In this document: positions 10,410 through 20,630 of the stretch, one piece after another
Position numbering within the stretch: the first letter of the stretch is position 1
Layout: each line of letters begins with the position of its first letter
Source of the DNA: an uncultured delta proteobacterium
Lineage (GTDB): Bacteria; Desulfobacterota; Zymogenia; Zymogenales; Zymogenaceae
Length of the DNA: 64,000 bases
Reading direction: 5' to 3'
Assembly (NCBI GenBank): GCA_963792965.1
Contig: CAWBYW010000011.1
Coordinates: 1 to 64,000, forward strand
Position numbers and translations under genes: made by a program
The notes under the pieces: generated by a model
Databases searched by the model: none
What the model was told of the DNA's origin: nothing
Seen by the model: only the letters and a program-made list of their open reading frames with translations

Positions 10410-10527
10410 TGTTCCAAATCCTCCACCCTGTTACCCTGTGCTTTTGGGTCCCGATTCGTCCACGCTGACGCTTACCGCGAGATTCCTTCCATGATAACGT
10501 AATTAGCCAGCCCCGTTAACGACGCCC

Positions 10528-10642
10528 GTGTTTATGGTTACTTCATAGGCGTATGTTTCGTGTCCACTGACTTTGCCCTTCTTTCCGAGCCCATTTTACA
10601 TCAAATCCTGACTCTTGGCATAGACTCATTTCAGGGGGACGG
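10528..10642 (-). repeat. Duplicated upstream element, copy A
   Basis: GGCGTATGTTTCGTGTCC (10548-10565) is identical to 12466-12483; 10585-10642 matches 12658-12715 at 47/58. Confidence 0.8.
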
Positions 10643-10683
10643 ATTGATTATACTTTACATGCCTTGTTTAAGAAACACGCCCG

Positions 10684-12363
10684 TCATCTGATATATGGGC
10701 GCAGATCCAGCTCCCTTTTCACGCCGCTGATGTCAAGCACTCTTATGACAGGGCCTGCTTTTTCCTCCCCTATCCCGGGAGACGTTAGAATCTCCGAAGT
10801 GCCGTCGCCGTCCAGGTCCGCGGTCGCTACGGTGAGCCCATGGTGGGCATCGAACGGGAAGGTCTCGAAGAGGGCCGAGCCGTTGCTTTTCAAGACCCTC
10901 AGATGCGCGCCCGAATAGGTATACGGTCCCGGTCCCGCGACGATTTCGTCGAGGCCGTCACCGTCGACATCGCCGAGGGCCGTGCTAACGCCGTAAAGGG
11001 CCCCCGGGATGAAGACTCTCAACCATTGGGACTGTATCGGTATCGTGGTGTCTCTGTCGAAATCGATAGCGATCCAGTATGTCTGATATGGGCTCACGTG
11101 AGCCGTCCCGGCCACAATCTCGTCTCTCCCGTCACCGTCGATATCTCCCGACGAAACGCCGATGCCGTGGCGCACCGTTTTATAGTATTCGATGTCGTCG
11201 ATAAAGTCGTCCACCTGGAATTCGAGAAGCGGTACTCCCTTGCCGGTAAAAATCCTGATGACCGGACGGTACCCCTGCCCCGGCCCCATGCCGACGATGA
11301 TCTCGTCCTTCCCGTCGCCGTTTATGTCGCCTGCCGCTACGTTCGCGCCGTATCTTTTGCCGGGAAAGGCGTAGAAGCTCGTGACTTCGGAGCCCGAACC
11401 CGTGAAGACCTTTATGAGCGTGTCGTTGTTGTGCCACGGTCCCCGTGCCGCAATGATCTCGTCTTTCCCGTCACCGTCTACGTCGCCCGCGCAGAGGTTG
11501 GCCCCGTAATACGATCCGGTGTCGAAGGCACGAAAACGGTGCAAGAGGACGCCGTCGCCGGTAAGCACCAGGACCTCCGTATCGTTTTGTTCGGCCGGGC
11601 CTTTGCTTACCAGTATCTCGTCCCTGCCGTCGCCATTGATGTCGCCCGAGGCCAGGAGCACGGCGTTTCCGTACGCGTCATATCTTTGGGCTCCCGGTGG
11701 GCCGAGGGCGTAGTCTTTCACCAGGCCCGGAACGAGCAGCCAGAGGGTAAGCATCGCCAGCGTGCCCTGCATGACTCCCAGCGGGAAGATATTCCTATTG
11801 CGAGAAAAAAGGTAACAGCACAGGAGTCCCCCGAAACCGGAAAAAAGCATGAGGCCCGTATTGGGCGCGTGTATCAGTGAAAAGATGACCGCGGCGCAGA
11901 TAATCGCGGCGAGGTTGTTTTCGACCAGTTTCCGTAGCCGTAGATACAAGAAACTATTAAGGATAAACTGCTGGACGGTGCCCCAGAAGAAATAGCCCGC
12001 AAAACCCGCGAGGAGACGCCCGGGGTCGTGAGGTTTGTAGGTATCCCGGTAGAACAGGAAAATAGATACGATGAGCGCGACGCCGAAGAACGTTACGATG
12101 GACGTTTCTTTGGATGACCGCGATAGATTATCGACCCGGATCCCCAGCTCCTTGAGCGTGTCTTCGTGCACGAGAAAACTGCTGACAAACACGAGGAGAC
12201 AAAGAAAAGACGCCAGCGCGCACAGGTACACCTTCCAGTAACAGAATTGCAGCACCCACACAATCAAGAAGACCCCACCCAGCACGGCGCATAGTTCGCA
12301 AAGCGTATATAGCTGCGGGCTCTTTTGATACGCTTCCCTCAGGCGCACTATCGGTTTCAACAT
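10684..12363 (-). CDS. CPBP (Abi/CAAX protease-like) membrane domain fused to FG-GAP repeats
   Basis: About 7-8 TM segments with FSLIHAPN; six GD(I/V)(N/D)GDGxDEI-type repeats. Confidence 0.85.
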   Translation of the reverse strand: MLKPIVRLREAYQKSPQLYTLCELCAVLGGVFLIVWVLQFCYWKVYLCALASFLCLLVFVSSFLVHEDTLKELGIRVDNLSRSSKETSIVTFFGVALIVSIFLFYRDTYKPHDPGRLLAGFAGYFFWGTVQQFILNSFLYLRLRKLVENNLAAIICAAVIFSLIHAPNTGLMLFSGFGGLLCCYLFSRNRNIFPLGVMQGTLAMLTLWLLVPGLVKDYALGPPGAQRYDAYGNAVLLASGDINGDGRDEILVSKGPAEQNDTEVLVLTGDGVLLHRFRAFDTGSYYGANLCAGDVDGDGKDEIIAARGPWHNNDTLIKVFTGSGSEVTSFYAFPGKRYGANVAAGDINGDGKDEIIVGMGPGQGYRPVIRIFTGKGVPLLEFQVDDFIDDIEYYKTVRHGIGVSSGDIDGDGRDEIVAGTAHVSPYQTYWIAIDFDRDTTIPIQSQWLRVFIPGALYGVSTALGDVDGDGLDEIVAGPGPYTYSGAHLRVLKSNGSALFETFPFDAHHGLTVATADLDGDGTSEILTSPGIGEEKAGPVIRVLDISGVKRELDLRPYIR

Positions 12364-12445
12364 AAATCGATTCCTTTAGAAAGCCTGTCGTTTTGCGTTA
12401 AGAGTCGTGGGTGGCCGGACTGACCTGCCTCCACGAACCATGTCG

Positions 12446-12715
12446 GCGTTTATAGTTCGTCCAAGGGCGTATGTTTCGTGTCCGCTTTCCCAAGACCGGG
12501 GGCGTGAATTTTGGGAGCCGGTGGACTGTTTCCGAGCGGACGACGCGGCCTGATCGTGTTATACTCTTTTCTTCACTCCTCTGTCAAGACCTGAGCCTTT
12601 AGGAGCGTCTGGACCCTCTCATCATTTGGCGGCTCATCTATGACCGCGCCCCCCTTCCCGAGTCAATTTAGCATCGAATCCTGACTTTTCGCATGGACTC
12701 GTTTCGGGGGGGCGG
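12446..12715 (-). promoter_or_regulatory. Duplicated upstream element, copy B, containing a sigma70-like promoter
   Basis: Minus strand TTGACA(12587-12582)-18 nt-TATAAC; shares blocks with 10528-10642 and 16100-16255. Confidence 0.75.
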
Positions 12716-12936
12716 GCCGGCTTGCGTGGCGTTTTCGCTTGTCTTCCGCCGGTGATAGGGATAGAATTTACTGCAGAATCAGGGACGTGAACAGAATCGA
12801 GCGAGTAGAAGTGGGTCTTCCGACGAGGACACTGAACTGAATGCCCACATGTCGGTGGTTGATACGGGGAAAATCAGATAACAGGTAAAACCACGCAGCC
12901 GTGGCGATGCCCTTGGGAAAAGATGAGGATAAGTAT

Positions 12937-13683
12937 ATGAAAAAACTATATGTCTTTGGGACCCTTGCCCTGTCGCTTCTCATGGTCGTTTTTTCCGGTG
13001 ATGCCTTCCCGGTTCAGGCAGGTTCGCCTTATACGGCGAAGGTCGTATCGACCCACGGACAGGTGGACGTCAGATACGCGGGAACGGAGACGTTCGTTGC
13101 CTTGTCGCCGGGGGATGCCCTGGGAACAGGGGACGTCATCCAGACCGATAGCGAGGGAAAAATCGAGCTGAAGCTTCCCGATGGAAGCAAGCTCGTGATA
13201 GGGGAGAAGAGCCGTATCGTCATCAGGGAGCTCGGGGAGGTGGAGGTAACGAAGGCAACGAAAACCACCTTCGAGCTTCTCGCGGGAAAGATCCGGGCGA
13301 TCGTCAATCCATTCGTTTCAAAGGATTCAGAGTTCAATATCATGACGAACAACGCCACGGTGGGTGTGCGGGGCACCGATTTCGGCGAGACCTATAACCC
13401 GGACGTCGATACGACGTATGTATTGGGGATGACGGGAACATTGTGGCTTTCCTTGAAGCACTTTCCGGAAATGCCCCCCGTAATCATCGAGGAGGGTCAC
13501 GAGCTATTCATCTTTGGGATGAACAAACCGGAGGCGCCGTCCGTGGCGAAGAAAGAGACGATCGACGAATTCCTCAAGGGGATGGACGTCACGGAGGAGG
13601 GAGGGACGGGCCTAACCAACCCTATCCCCGGGCGGCATGGTGGGGATGGCAAGAGCAGAGGAGGGGGCGGTCACACATATTGA
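12937..13683 (+). CDS. Secreted FecR-domain protein
   Basis: Signal peptide; GDVIQT, LPDGSKLVIGEKS, TNNATVGVRGTDF. Confidence 0.9.
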   Translation: MKKLYVFGTLALSLLMVVFSGDAFPVQAGSPYTAKVVSTHGQVDVRYAGTETFVALSPGDALGTGDVIQTDSEGKIELKLPDGSKLVIGEKSRIVIRELGEVEVTKATKTTFELLAGKIRAIVNPFVSKDSEFNIMTNNATVGVRGTDFGETYNPDVDTTYVLGMTGTLWLSLKHFPEMPPVIIEEGHELFIFGMNKPEAPSVAKKETIDEFLKGMDVTEEGGTGLTNPIPGRHGGDGKSRGGGGHTY

Positions 13684-13702
13684 GTGAAGACACGAGCGAA
13701 CG

Positions 13703-13760
13703 TTCCCGATGGAGGTAAGCTCGTGATACAGGTCGACAGCCCTGTCATCATCAAAGAGGT
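13703..13760 (+). pseudogene. Short remnant of a second FecR-domain gene
   Basis: Translates PDGGKLVIQVDSPVIIKEV versus PDGSKLVIGEKSRIVIREL in the upstream gene. Confidence 0.55.
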
Positions 13761-13833
13761 GAACTCCCCTTCTCTCCGAGTCGATTTTACCTCGAGTTCC
13801 GCGTCTTAACGTGAGCTCGTTTTAGACGGCGGG

Positions 13834-14673
13834 TCACTTCTTGTCTATCTTCTTTTCATCCAACGTGCTGCGCAGGAAGGCGAAGCCGGGCGTTATGGAC
13901 TCGGTCAATCCCATCGGCAGCAGCGTCTTCACCGGTTGGCCCATATTTTGGTGTCCTCCGGATTTGAACAGGTTTTCCGTCACAGTAGTTAGCATTGATG
14001 CGGGAAACCCGATACCGATCTCATGGTCATGGATGCCGGCAAAGCTCCGATCGCCCATGCCCGGGATAACCACCTGAGGCCGTCCGGTAATGAAAGGGAT
14101 GAGTCCGCCCTTGACGCAGCTTTCTCCAAACCCCTCGAATGATGAGGTAACCGGACACGTATAGTCGAAGGTCAGAGCGTGGATGATATGAGTGATATGT
14201 GTTCCATCGCCATAAACAAGGATGGTGTCAGGCTCCAGCAACGTGCCGGCAAGCGGTGAACAGACAAAGCCGATATAGTGACGCGTCCGGCTCAAAAGGT
14301 CCTGTCCGTCCGGCCCACCGAAGATCCTCGTGGAGAAGGCGTAGCGATTCTCTTCGGCTTTCCGATCCATATGCCATCCCTGGCGAACCTGGCTTTCTAT
14401 AAAGTCCTCCGCGGATGAGTCGACCCACCGGTGCATTGCCGACGCAGGGACGCAAAAGTTGTCCTTTTCGGTCATCGCAGTATGCCAACCCCACCGGCGA
14501 GAGTAGGTGAAAGCCTGGCAGAGACTCCATTTCTGTCCGGCAACGGACGGGCGGATGACCTTTTCAGGGATTTGGTCCTCGGACTTAATATAGGTGATAG
14601 CCAGCGGACTGGTCTGCAAATGCAGTTGATGAAACAAATCGTTTCCCGCCTTGTGGTACGCTTCGAGATTCAT
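13834..14673 (-). CDS. DUF169 family protein
   Basis: LHLQTSPLAI, SLCQAF..SRRWGW, FCVPA, ESC, PGMGDR. Confidence 0.8.
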   Translation of the reverse strand: MNLEAYHKAGNDLFHQLHLQTSPLAITYIKSEDQIPEKVIRPSVAGQKWSLCQAFTYSRRWGWHTAMTEKDNFCVPASAMHRWVDSSAEDFIESQVRQGWHMDRKAEENRYAFSTRIFGGPDGQDLLSRTRHYIGFVCSPLAGTLLEPDTILVYGDGTHITHIIHALTFDYTCPVTSSFEGFGESCVKGGLIPFITGRPQVVIPGMGDRSFAGIHDHEIGIGFPASMLTTVTENLFKSGGHQNMGQPVKTLLPMGLTESITPGFAFLRSTLDEKKIDKK

Positions 14674-14900
14674 GTGTCCTCCTGACAAGTCTGATAACGA
14701 TTATCATTACGTGATAGAGGTCCTTACTGCCGGACAAGGGTCATACCTTATTGATCCGGCCCAAGCCGGTTCACGGACTTATTTGCGGGGGCAAGGCGAT
14801 AGCATAAGTATTCTTTTTTAAGGGCCGAATGATCGACACTTACACAAGATCCAGGGGTCGACTTCCCACGTTTCGTCAGGGGCTTATCCGGTTCCCGGCG

Positions 14901-15437
14901 CTACTTGAGCCGAGTACACGTAATACCCCTCTGATACTCCTGAAGCTCGGCGATTTTATTCCGATCGCTGATGAACATCCGAAAGAGGACGATCCCCTGA
15001 TCTCCCGGTGCCCTGACGACGATTGCGCCCTTTCTATCGGGAGCCGTTTCGTTCGGCCCGATGAGGACGACTTCGAGCTCGCTGGTTGGGATATCCCGGT
15101 CGTCGATGACGAAGAAGTTGTTGGTGTCAAGATCATACATCGCCATAGACCAGTAGGTGCTCTTCGGGACAGGCGCTTTGATAAGGAGAGGATATCGCCC
15201 AACATCGAAAGATATCCCCGAGTAGAGGAGGTCGGGAGAGGGCATGACTATCTTTTTCGACTCGGCGTTCACCGGTTCATTGTGGAGAATCTGGTTTTTA
15301 TCAACGCCGGACTTGTCCTTGATACGGAGCGCCGCTCCTATCATAATGATCCTGGGGAAGTAGTGGACGACAAGGAGGTGGAAGAAGATCGAAAGGACAA
15401 GGGTTACGACGATATAATGGATCCACTTCTTCTTCAT
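14901..15437 (-). CDS. DUF1254 family protein
   Basis: IVMPSPDLLYS..FDV, YWSMAMYD..TNNFFVIDDR; N-terminal anchor. Confidence 0.85.
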   Translation of the reverse strand: MKKKWIHYIVVTLVLSIFFHLLVVHYFPRIIMIGAALRIKDKSGVDKNQILHNEPVNAESKKIVMPSPDLLYSGISFDVGRYPLLIKAPVPKSTYWSMAMYDLDTNNFFVIDDRDIPTSELEVVLIGPNETAPDRKGAIVVRAPGDQGIVLFRMFISDRNKIAELQEYQRGITCTRLK

Positions 15438-16015
15438 CGGCAGTCCTCCCTGATGATTCGGGGAAGCTTCGCCGCTTCAGGGTGTTCGTAATATTCTTTT
15501 GCGGGGTTATAGAGCCGCAGGCAGATGAAGAGCCGCTTCTCCCGGCCCGTGGGGAGCGAATTTCCCTCCCGGGGCGTCCGGGACAGGTAGATCGTGTACT
15601 TTCCATCCCCGGCTTTGGCTATCTCCTGGTTAAATGATTAGCGGTTTTGATCGTTTGGGATGAGAAACTGATCGTGTCCGTAGACGGTGATGCTCCACCA
15701 CCGCGCATTGAGCGGCTCGCCCTCGATCCGAAATGCACATTCGGAGGTGAGCGGATTCCCATTGTCGTCGGTTTTGGCGTAGTAATAGATCGTCTCGGAT
15801 CTCTTGAGCGACATAAGTCCATAGAGGGCCACGTGTGCCTTGGTATACATCCCCGCTTCCTCGCTCCCGAGGGTGAGGTTCGTCCTCCACGCTCCGTTAG
15901 TAATCCACCCCGTATCGCCGAGATAATTTATCGCGAGATATGCCGATCCCGTTCCGAGCACAAACGAGACCGCAAGGACGGCGAGTCCTATGAGAGCCTT
16001 TTTAACATGTTTCAT
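15434..16015 (-). pseudogene. DUF1214 family protein, disrupted
   Basis: ETIYYYAKTDDNGNPL, ARWWSITVYG; TAA where NR(Y)SFN is expected, then a frameshift before DGKYTIYLS..LRLYNP; its stop overlaps the DUF1254 ATG. Confidence 0.75.
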
Positions 16016-16099
16016 GAATACCTCTCGCTCATGCTGATATACCCCGCTAACGGCACACGTGTTTAAGTCAGTCCGTAAGCATGCTTCTTTTCTTGAGCT

Positions 16100-16255
16100 T
16101 CCGAAGACCGGGGAGGGTGATTTCGGAAGCGAGGGGCCGGTAGCCAAGAGAACTGTGCGAGCTGATAGTCTTATACTCTCTTGGCCGCTTCCCTGTCAAG
16201 ACCTGAGCTCCCGTCGGCGTATCGAAAGCCACACCTTTGAGCGGCTGATCCGTGA
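16100..16255 (-). promoter_or_regulatory. Duplicated upstream element, copy C, with sigma70-like promoter
   Basis: CTGTCAAGACCTGAGC shared with 12581-12596; TTGACA(16199-16194)-18 nt-TATAAG. Confidence 0.75.
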
Positions 16256-16484
16256 GGTTCCCATTGAAGGAGTCGATGTGCGGAACAAATGGTCAGTTAC
16301 ACACTTCTGAAGGCACTCAATAGGGGACACTCAAGGAAACGGGGTCTGTCAGGACTACGGACCCGACCGTCAAATCCTACGGGAAAATATTTGGGGGAGA
16401 AAGCCGGAACGGAAGGGGCAAGTCTCAGGGGGCACATGCATCATGCGGTGCCGGAGCAGTTCTTCCCGGGAGTATGTATCGTTA

Positions 16485-17156
16485 CTATTTTGCCTGCTCC
16501 CAGTCATCCGATTTGAAGACCCAGCGGCCGCCTTCGTACTCGTACGTGAGGGTGTGGGTCATCGATTTGGAGTAGACCAGGCCCGTGCTCTTAAAGGCGG
16601 CTTCCTTGGTGGGATAGAGGGACGTGATGTATTGGACAACCGTGTAGGAATAGGTCCCCATGTACGGGGATACGATGGAATCCGTCTTGACGATATTATA
16701 GTCGTACAGGAGGTTATCTCTTTCGACGGTCTTGCGCCACCCCTCGCCGGCCGTCGGCGCGGTCGGGCCGCCCTTGTCGGCCCCGGTCACCGTCTCCTTG
16801 GTGAGGCTGTAGTTCTCCTTGTCGCGCTCGTCAGCGATGTGCTTCATGATGACCTGCTCGAATTCGCCTTTGATCTGGTCCTCGCTCTTGGTCGTCATCA
16901 TTCGATAGCCCACGAGGGCGGCCGCGGCGACGATGACAACCGCAGCGGCGGCGACGCCGAGCCTGATCATCACTTTTCGTTTCGGCGACGTGGAGGAGAG
17001 ACCCTGGAGGGGGACGGCGGCGTCCTCGGACGATTTGGGTTTCTCAATGGCGAAGCGGTTCTTGCACTCGGGGCAGGTAACTAATTTGCCTTCCTCGGGG
17101 ATCAGCTCGATGCTGATGCCGCATTGATAGTGACACGATGGGCAGGTTACCTTCAT
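16485..17156 (-). CDS. MJ0042-type zinc-ribbon membrane-anchored protein
   Basis: MKVTCPSC..IPEEG..VTCPECKNRF, one TM segment, extracytoplasmic domain. Confidence 0.85.
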   Translation of the reverse strand: MKVTCPSCHYQCGISIELIPEEGKLVTCPECKNRFAIEKPKSSEDAAVPLQGLSSTSPKRKVMIRLGVAAAAVVIVAAAALVGYRMMTTKSEDQIKGEFEQVIMKHIADERDKENYSLTKETVTGADKGGPTAPTAGEGWRKTVERDNLLYDYNIVKTDSIVSPYMGTYSYTVVQYITSLYPTKEAAFKSTGLVYSKSMTHTLTYEYEGGRWVFKSDDWEQAK

Positions 17157-17326
17157 CGCTTCTTCCCACAAATCCGTTATATTTTTACTTATTTTAGTGA
17201 AATATACAAATATTTTAACGAAAAAACAAGCAAAAAATAGCGGTCAAAAAAAAGCGTCCACACCTCGCTCGGGAGACGAAATGTCAGGCGACCTCACGCG
17301 TCTGCTCCGGTCACGCCTCGCGTCAT

Positions 17327-19246
17327 TTATCCTGTGGAGCGCTCCCGGAGCTTTCGTACCTCGCCGACCCGGATGGTTACCTTCTGGTCATCAAAATATT
17401 CGAGGAGAGGGATCGTATACTTCCGGGAGGCGTTGGTGATGTCCTTGAACTGCTGGGTGGTTAGCTCGCCCGTCTGTCTGAGGTGGGAGGTGAGCCGCTC
17501 CTTGAGGTCGGCGATGACGCGCGTCCCGAAGTAGAGATTATCCTTCACCCGAACGATCCGGCCCTCACGCGCGGCCACGCCGAGGAGCTTCTTTATCTCC
17601 GGCTCCGGGGCGCCCAGCTGTGCTGCCAGCTCCGTTGTTGTCGGTGGGGTGAGTCCGCCGCCGACGACGGCGCGCTGCGCCCGGCCGACCAACTCCTCAT
17701 CCTTTTTGACCAGGTGCACCTCGTGACCGAAGAGCGCCACCCGATCGCCCGTAAGCGTCACCTTCTTTCCGGCGACGAGGTCCGCAAGGAGCCTCACGAA
17801 GAGCCTGCCGTCCACGCCCCAGGGGAGCGAGCCTGAGAGCTGTTCCTTGTTGATTCCTTCCTCGGTGGGGTTTTTCTCGTGATATTCGGCTACGGCGCGC
17901 GGCGCCGCCTCAAGGAGGCGGGCATAAGCCGCCGCATCGAGCCAGCGCGCCTTCTCCTTATCGACGAGGACCGCGGCGTTTGCCGACGCGAGGTTTGAAA
18001 GGATCGGAATGGTGGAGTCCGGCGATATTCCCATCCGTTTTGCGAGGTCGTCGACCGTCACGCCCGCATAGCCCGTGTCCTTCAGGAAGACGTGAGCTCG
18101 CTCCTCGGGACTTCCGAGGGCAAGCGTCGAGATGTCCTCGATGATCTCGTCCTTGAATCTCTTATGTTTGCGGGGGACTGCGTTGAGCACCTCGCCGCCC
18201 CCGATGGTGATGACGGGAGAGAGTAGCCGGACGACGAAACGGTCACCGGGCAGTGCCACCACCGGCTCCGAGAGCCGAATCTGGACGAATACCTCCCGGC
18301 CGGGCTGGGCCTCTTCGTCGTCAAGCAGCACGATGTTACCGACGATCTCGGCGGTGCCGAGGTAGAACTTCACCTGCTGCCGGTTCTTGAGATTTTTCGT
18401 GTTGTCGGCAAGGTAGAGGAGGCGGGCGTCGATCATATATGAGGGCTCGATCGAGCCGGGAGACACGAGGACATCGCCCCGGGCGATCTTGTCTGTATCG
18501 ATCCCCGAGAGGTTGACGGCCGTCCGTGTGCCCGCGGTCGCCTCACTTTCGGCATTTCCGTGCACCTGGATTCCCCTCACGCGGCCCCCCAGACCTTTGG
18601 GCATAACGGCCACGTCCTCCCCCACGCGCACTCCCCCGGAGGTGAGGGTGCCGGTGACGACGGTGCCGAATCCCTTTATCGTGAAGACCCGGTCGATCGG
18701 GAGCCGAAAAATGCCCGACGACCGTTTCCCCTGGATCGATCCTGCTATAGTGTCGAGGGCCGCCACGAGCTCCTCGATGCCGTGGCCGGTCACCGACGAG
18801 ACCGCGATGATCGGGCAGCCCTCGAGGAAGGTCCCCTTTACGAAATCCTGTACTTCTTCGTGGACAAGCGTGACCATGTCGGGCTCGACCATGTCGATCT
18901 TCGTGATGACGACCAGTCCCTTCTGTATCCCGAGGAGCGAGAGGATGTTCACGTGCTCCGTCGTCTGGGGCATGATCCCTTCGTCGGCGGCGACGACGAG
19001 GGCCACCAGATCGATCCCGCCCGCCCCCGCCACCATGTGCCGGATGAACTTCTCGTGGCCGGGGACGTCCACGATCCCGAGGCGGGCCCCGGACGGCAGA
19101 TCGAGGTGGGCAAAGCCGAGCTCTATCGTGATCCCACGCTCTTTTTCCTCTTTGAGACGGTCGGTATCGATGCCGGTGAGGGCCTTAATAAGGGCGGTCT
19201 TGCCGTGATCGATATGCCCGGCGGTCCCAAGGATGAGTCTCTTCAT
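17327..19246 (-). CDS. selB: Selenocysteine-specific elongation factor SelB
   Basis: GTAGHIDHGKT, DRLKEEKERGITIELGF, DVPGHEKF, C-terminal SRKYTIPLLEYFD. Confidence 0.98.
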   Translation of the reverse strand: MKRLILGTAGHIDHGKTALIKALTGIDTDRLKEEKERGITIELGFAHLDLPSGARLGIVDVPGHEKFIRHMVAGAGGIDLVALVVAADEGIMPQTTEHVNILSLLGIQKGLVVITKIDMVEPDMVTLVHEEVQDFVKGTFLEGCPIIAVSSVTGHGIEELVAALDTIAGSIQGKRSSGIFRLPIDRVFTIKGFGTVVTGTLTSGGVRVGEDVAVMPKGLGGRVRGIQVHGNAESEATAGTRTAVNLSGIDTDKIARGDVLVSPGSIEPSYMIDARLLYLADNTKNLKNRQQVKFYLGTAEIVGNIVLLDDEEAQPGREVFVQIRLSEPVVALPGDRFVVRLLSPVITIGGGEVLNAVPRKHKRFKDEIIEDISTLALGSPEERAHVFLKDTGYAGVTVDDLAKRMGISPDSTIPILSNLASANAAVLVDKEKARWLDAAAYARLLEAAPRAVAEYHEKNPTEEGINKEQLSGSLPWGVDGRLFVRLLADLVAGKKVTLTGDRVALFGHEVHLVKKDEELVGRAQRAVVGGGLTPPTTTELAAQLGAPEPEIKKLLGVAAREGRIVRVKDNLYFGTRVIADLKERLTSHLRQTGELTTQQFKDITNASRKYTIPLLEYFDDQKVTIRVGEVRKLRERSTG

Positions 19247-19284
19247 CGCTCTCTTCCGTAACATTCTTTATGGGAGCTTCCCGA

Positions 19285-19851
19285 TCAACCCTTCGTCTTC
19301 AGCTCGCCGCCGATACTCCATGCCTTTCCCACGAAATCGCCGACGGAGTAGTAGCGATTCAGCCCCATGCTGAAGATGAGCGGGTTTACCTTCTCAATGT
19401 CGGGAAGGCCTTCTGTGAGACAGGCGTCGTCACAGAAGACCGAGACGATCTCGCCGATGAACGCGACATCAACCGCAAACTCGATCGTCTGGATCAGGCT
19501 CACCTCAAGGTTGAGGGGACACTCCTGAATCAACGGGGCGGTCCCGAGCTTGCCGAAAAATGTGGTAAAGAGCGCGGATTTATCGACGCTCTTGCCCGAG
19601 ACGAGCCCGCAATAGTCGGTCTTGACCACAAGCGGCGCGGAGGGGATGTTGACGGAAAAGGACTTGGTATCACGTATCCCCATCGTCGTATGGTGGTTTT
19701 TGTTGAGGGCAACGGATACCACGGGGGGACGGGCGTTCATCATCCCGACATAGGCCGCAACCATGTAGTTGGGTTTGCCGTCCGCCATCGCCCCCACGAG
19801 CGTGGTGGGCATGGGAAACAGATAGGTGCCCGGTTTGATCTCATGTTTCAT
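19285..19851 (-). CDS. Flavin reductase-like (flavoredoxin) FMN-binding protein
   Basis: PMPTTLVG..GKPN, FSVNIPS, DYCGLVSG, APLIQECPLNLE. Confidence 0.9.
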   Translation of the reverse strand: MKHEIKPGTYLFPMPTTLVGAMADGKPNYMVAAYVGMMNARPPVVSVALNKNHHTTMGIRDTKSFSVNIPSAPLVVKTDYCGLVSGKSVDKSALFTTFFGKLGTAPLIQECPLNLEVSLIQTIEFAVDVAFIGEIVSVFCDDACLTEGLPDIEKVNPLIFSMGLNRYYSVGDFVGKAWSIGGELKTKG

Positions 19852-20357
19852 GGGTTCCTCGGGGATAGGGATTATTGGACCGCGGCGCGTCGGCCGGTGC
19901 ACGCATTCGGCATTGTAGCGGATTTCAGGCCGTCATGCAAGACAATCCGGGGTCGGGCCTCAAGGCCGTCTGTGGCCCGCGCGTAAACCGGGTGGCCGCG
20001 CCCGAAAGAGCGTGGAGGCCGGTATTTGATTTGAGCCGGCTCACTTTTTCTGAATTTGATCGCAATAAAACGTGAGCGGTGCTGTTTAATAGAGTGATGG
20101 GTCGCAACGTATCGCACTCGTGGGAGAAATGATGGCAAGAAAGACCGGAGGATTTCGACCGTTGCAGGGAGGGCACCCGCGTGGTGAACAATGGCCGTGG
20201 AAGCGTGATGCAGCTTTACTATTAGAAGAATATAATCGTCCGTCAATGTCCCGGTAAGGTTAGTCGATTATCATGCACGCACAACAATGGGGGAGGACCG
20301 AGGGGAAGCGTTTCGATTATTTTTACGGGAGGGGTCGGTTGCATCGGTGGCTGGAAA

Positions 20358-20466
20358 TGTGACAGCCGTCACTTTTTGGCCACATTCGTCCAAGAAATCA
20401 GGAACAAAGCGTGATTCACATCATCTAATAGAATATAAAAAAGAGATTCATGTTAGCTACATCACA
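20358..20466 (+). promoter_or_regulatory. CRP/FNR-family binding sites upstream of the hemerythrin-like gene
   Basis: TGTGA-N6-TCACT (20358-20373) and TGTTA-N6-TCACA (20451-20466). Confidence 0.6.
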
Positions 20467-20630
20467 CAACCGGCGCCTAAAAGATTTTATAAGGATAGCT
20501 ATCAATAATGTCATCGGATACCTTGAAAACGCAGGAAACGTACATAGATTATTGTAAGAAAAATGCAGGGCATCAGACGGGGATTTCTTCATCGCTTGAC
20601 CGCCCACAGATGGTAACGGAGGTGGGTAAT

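Noticed and set aside
10540-10590. c-di-GMP-I riboswitch (GGCAAA on the minus strand)
   Set aside because: The GNRA-capped stem and second GCAAA element are absent.
17170-20350. tRNA-Sec or riboswitch near selB
   Set aside because: No cloverleaf or recognisable aptamer found by eye in the flanking intergenic regions.
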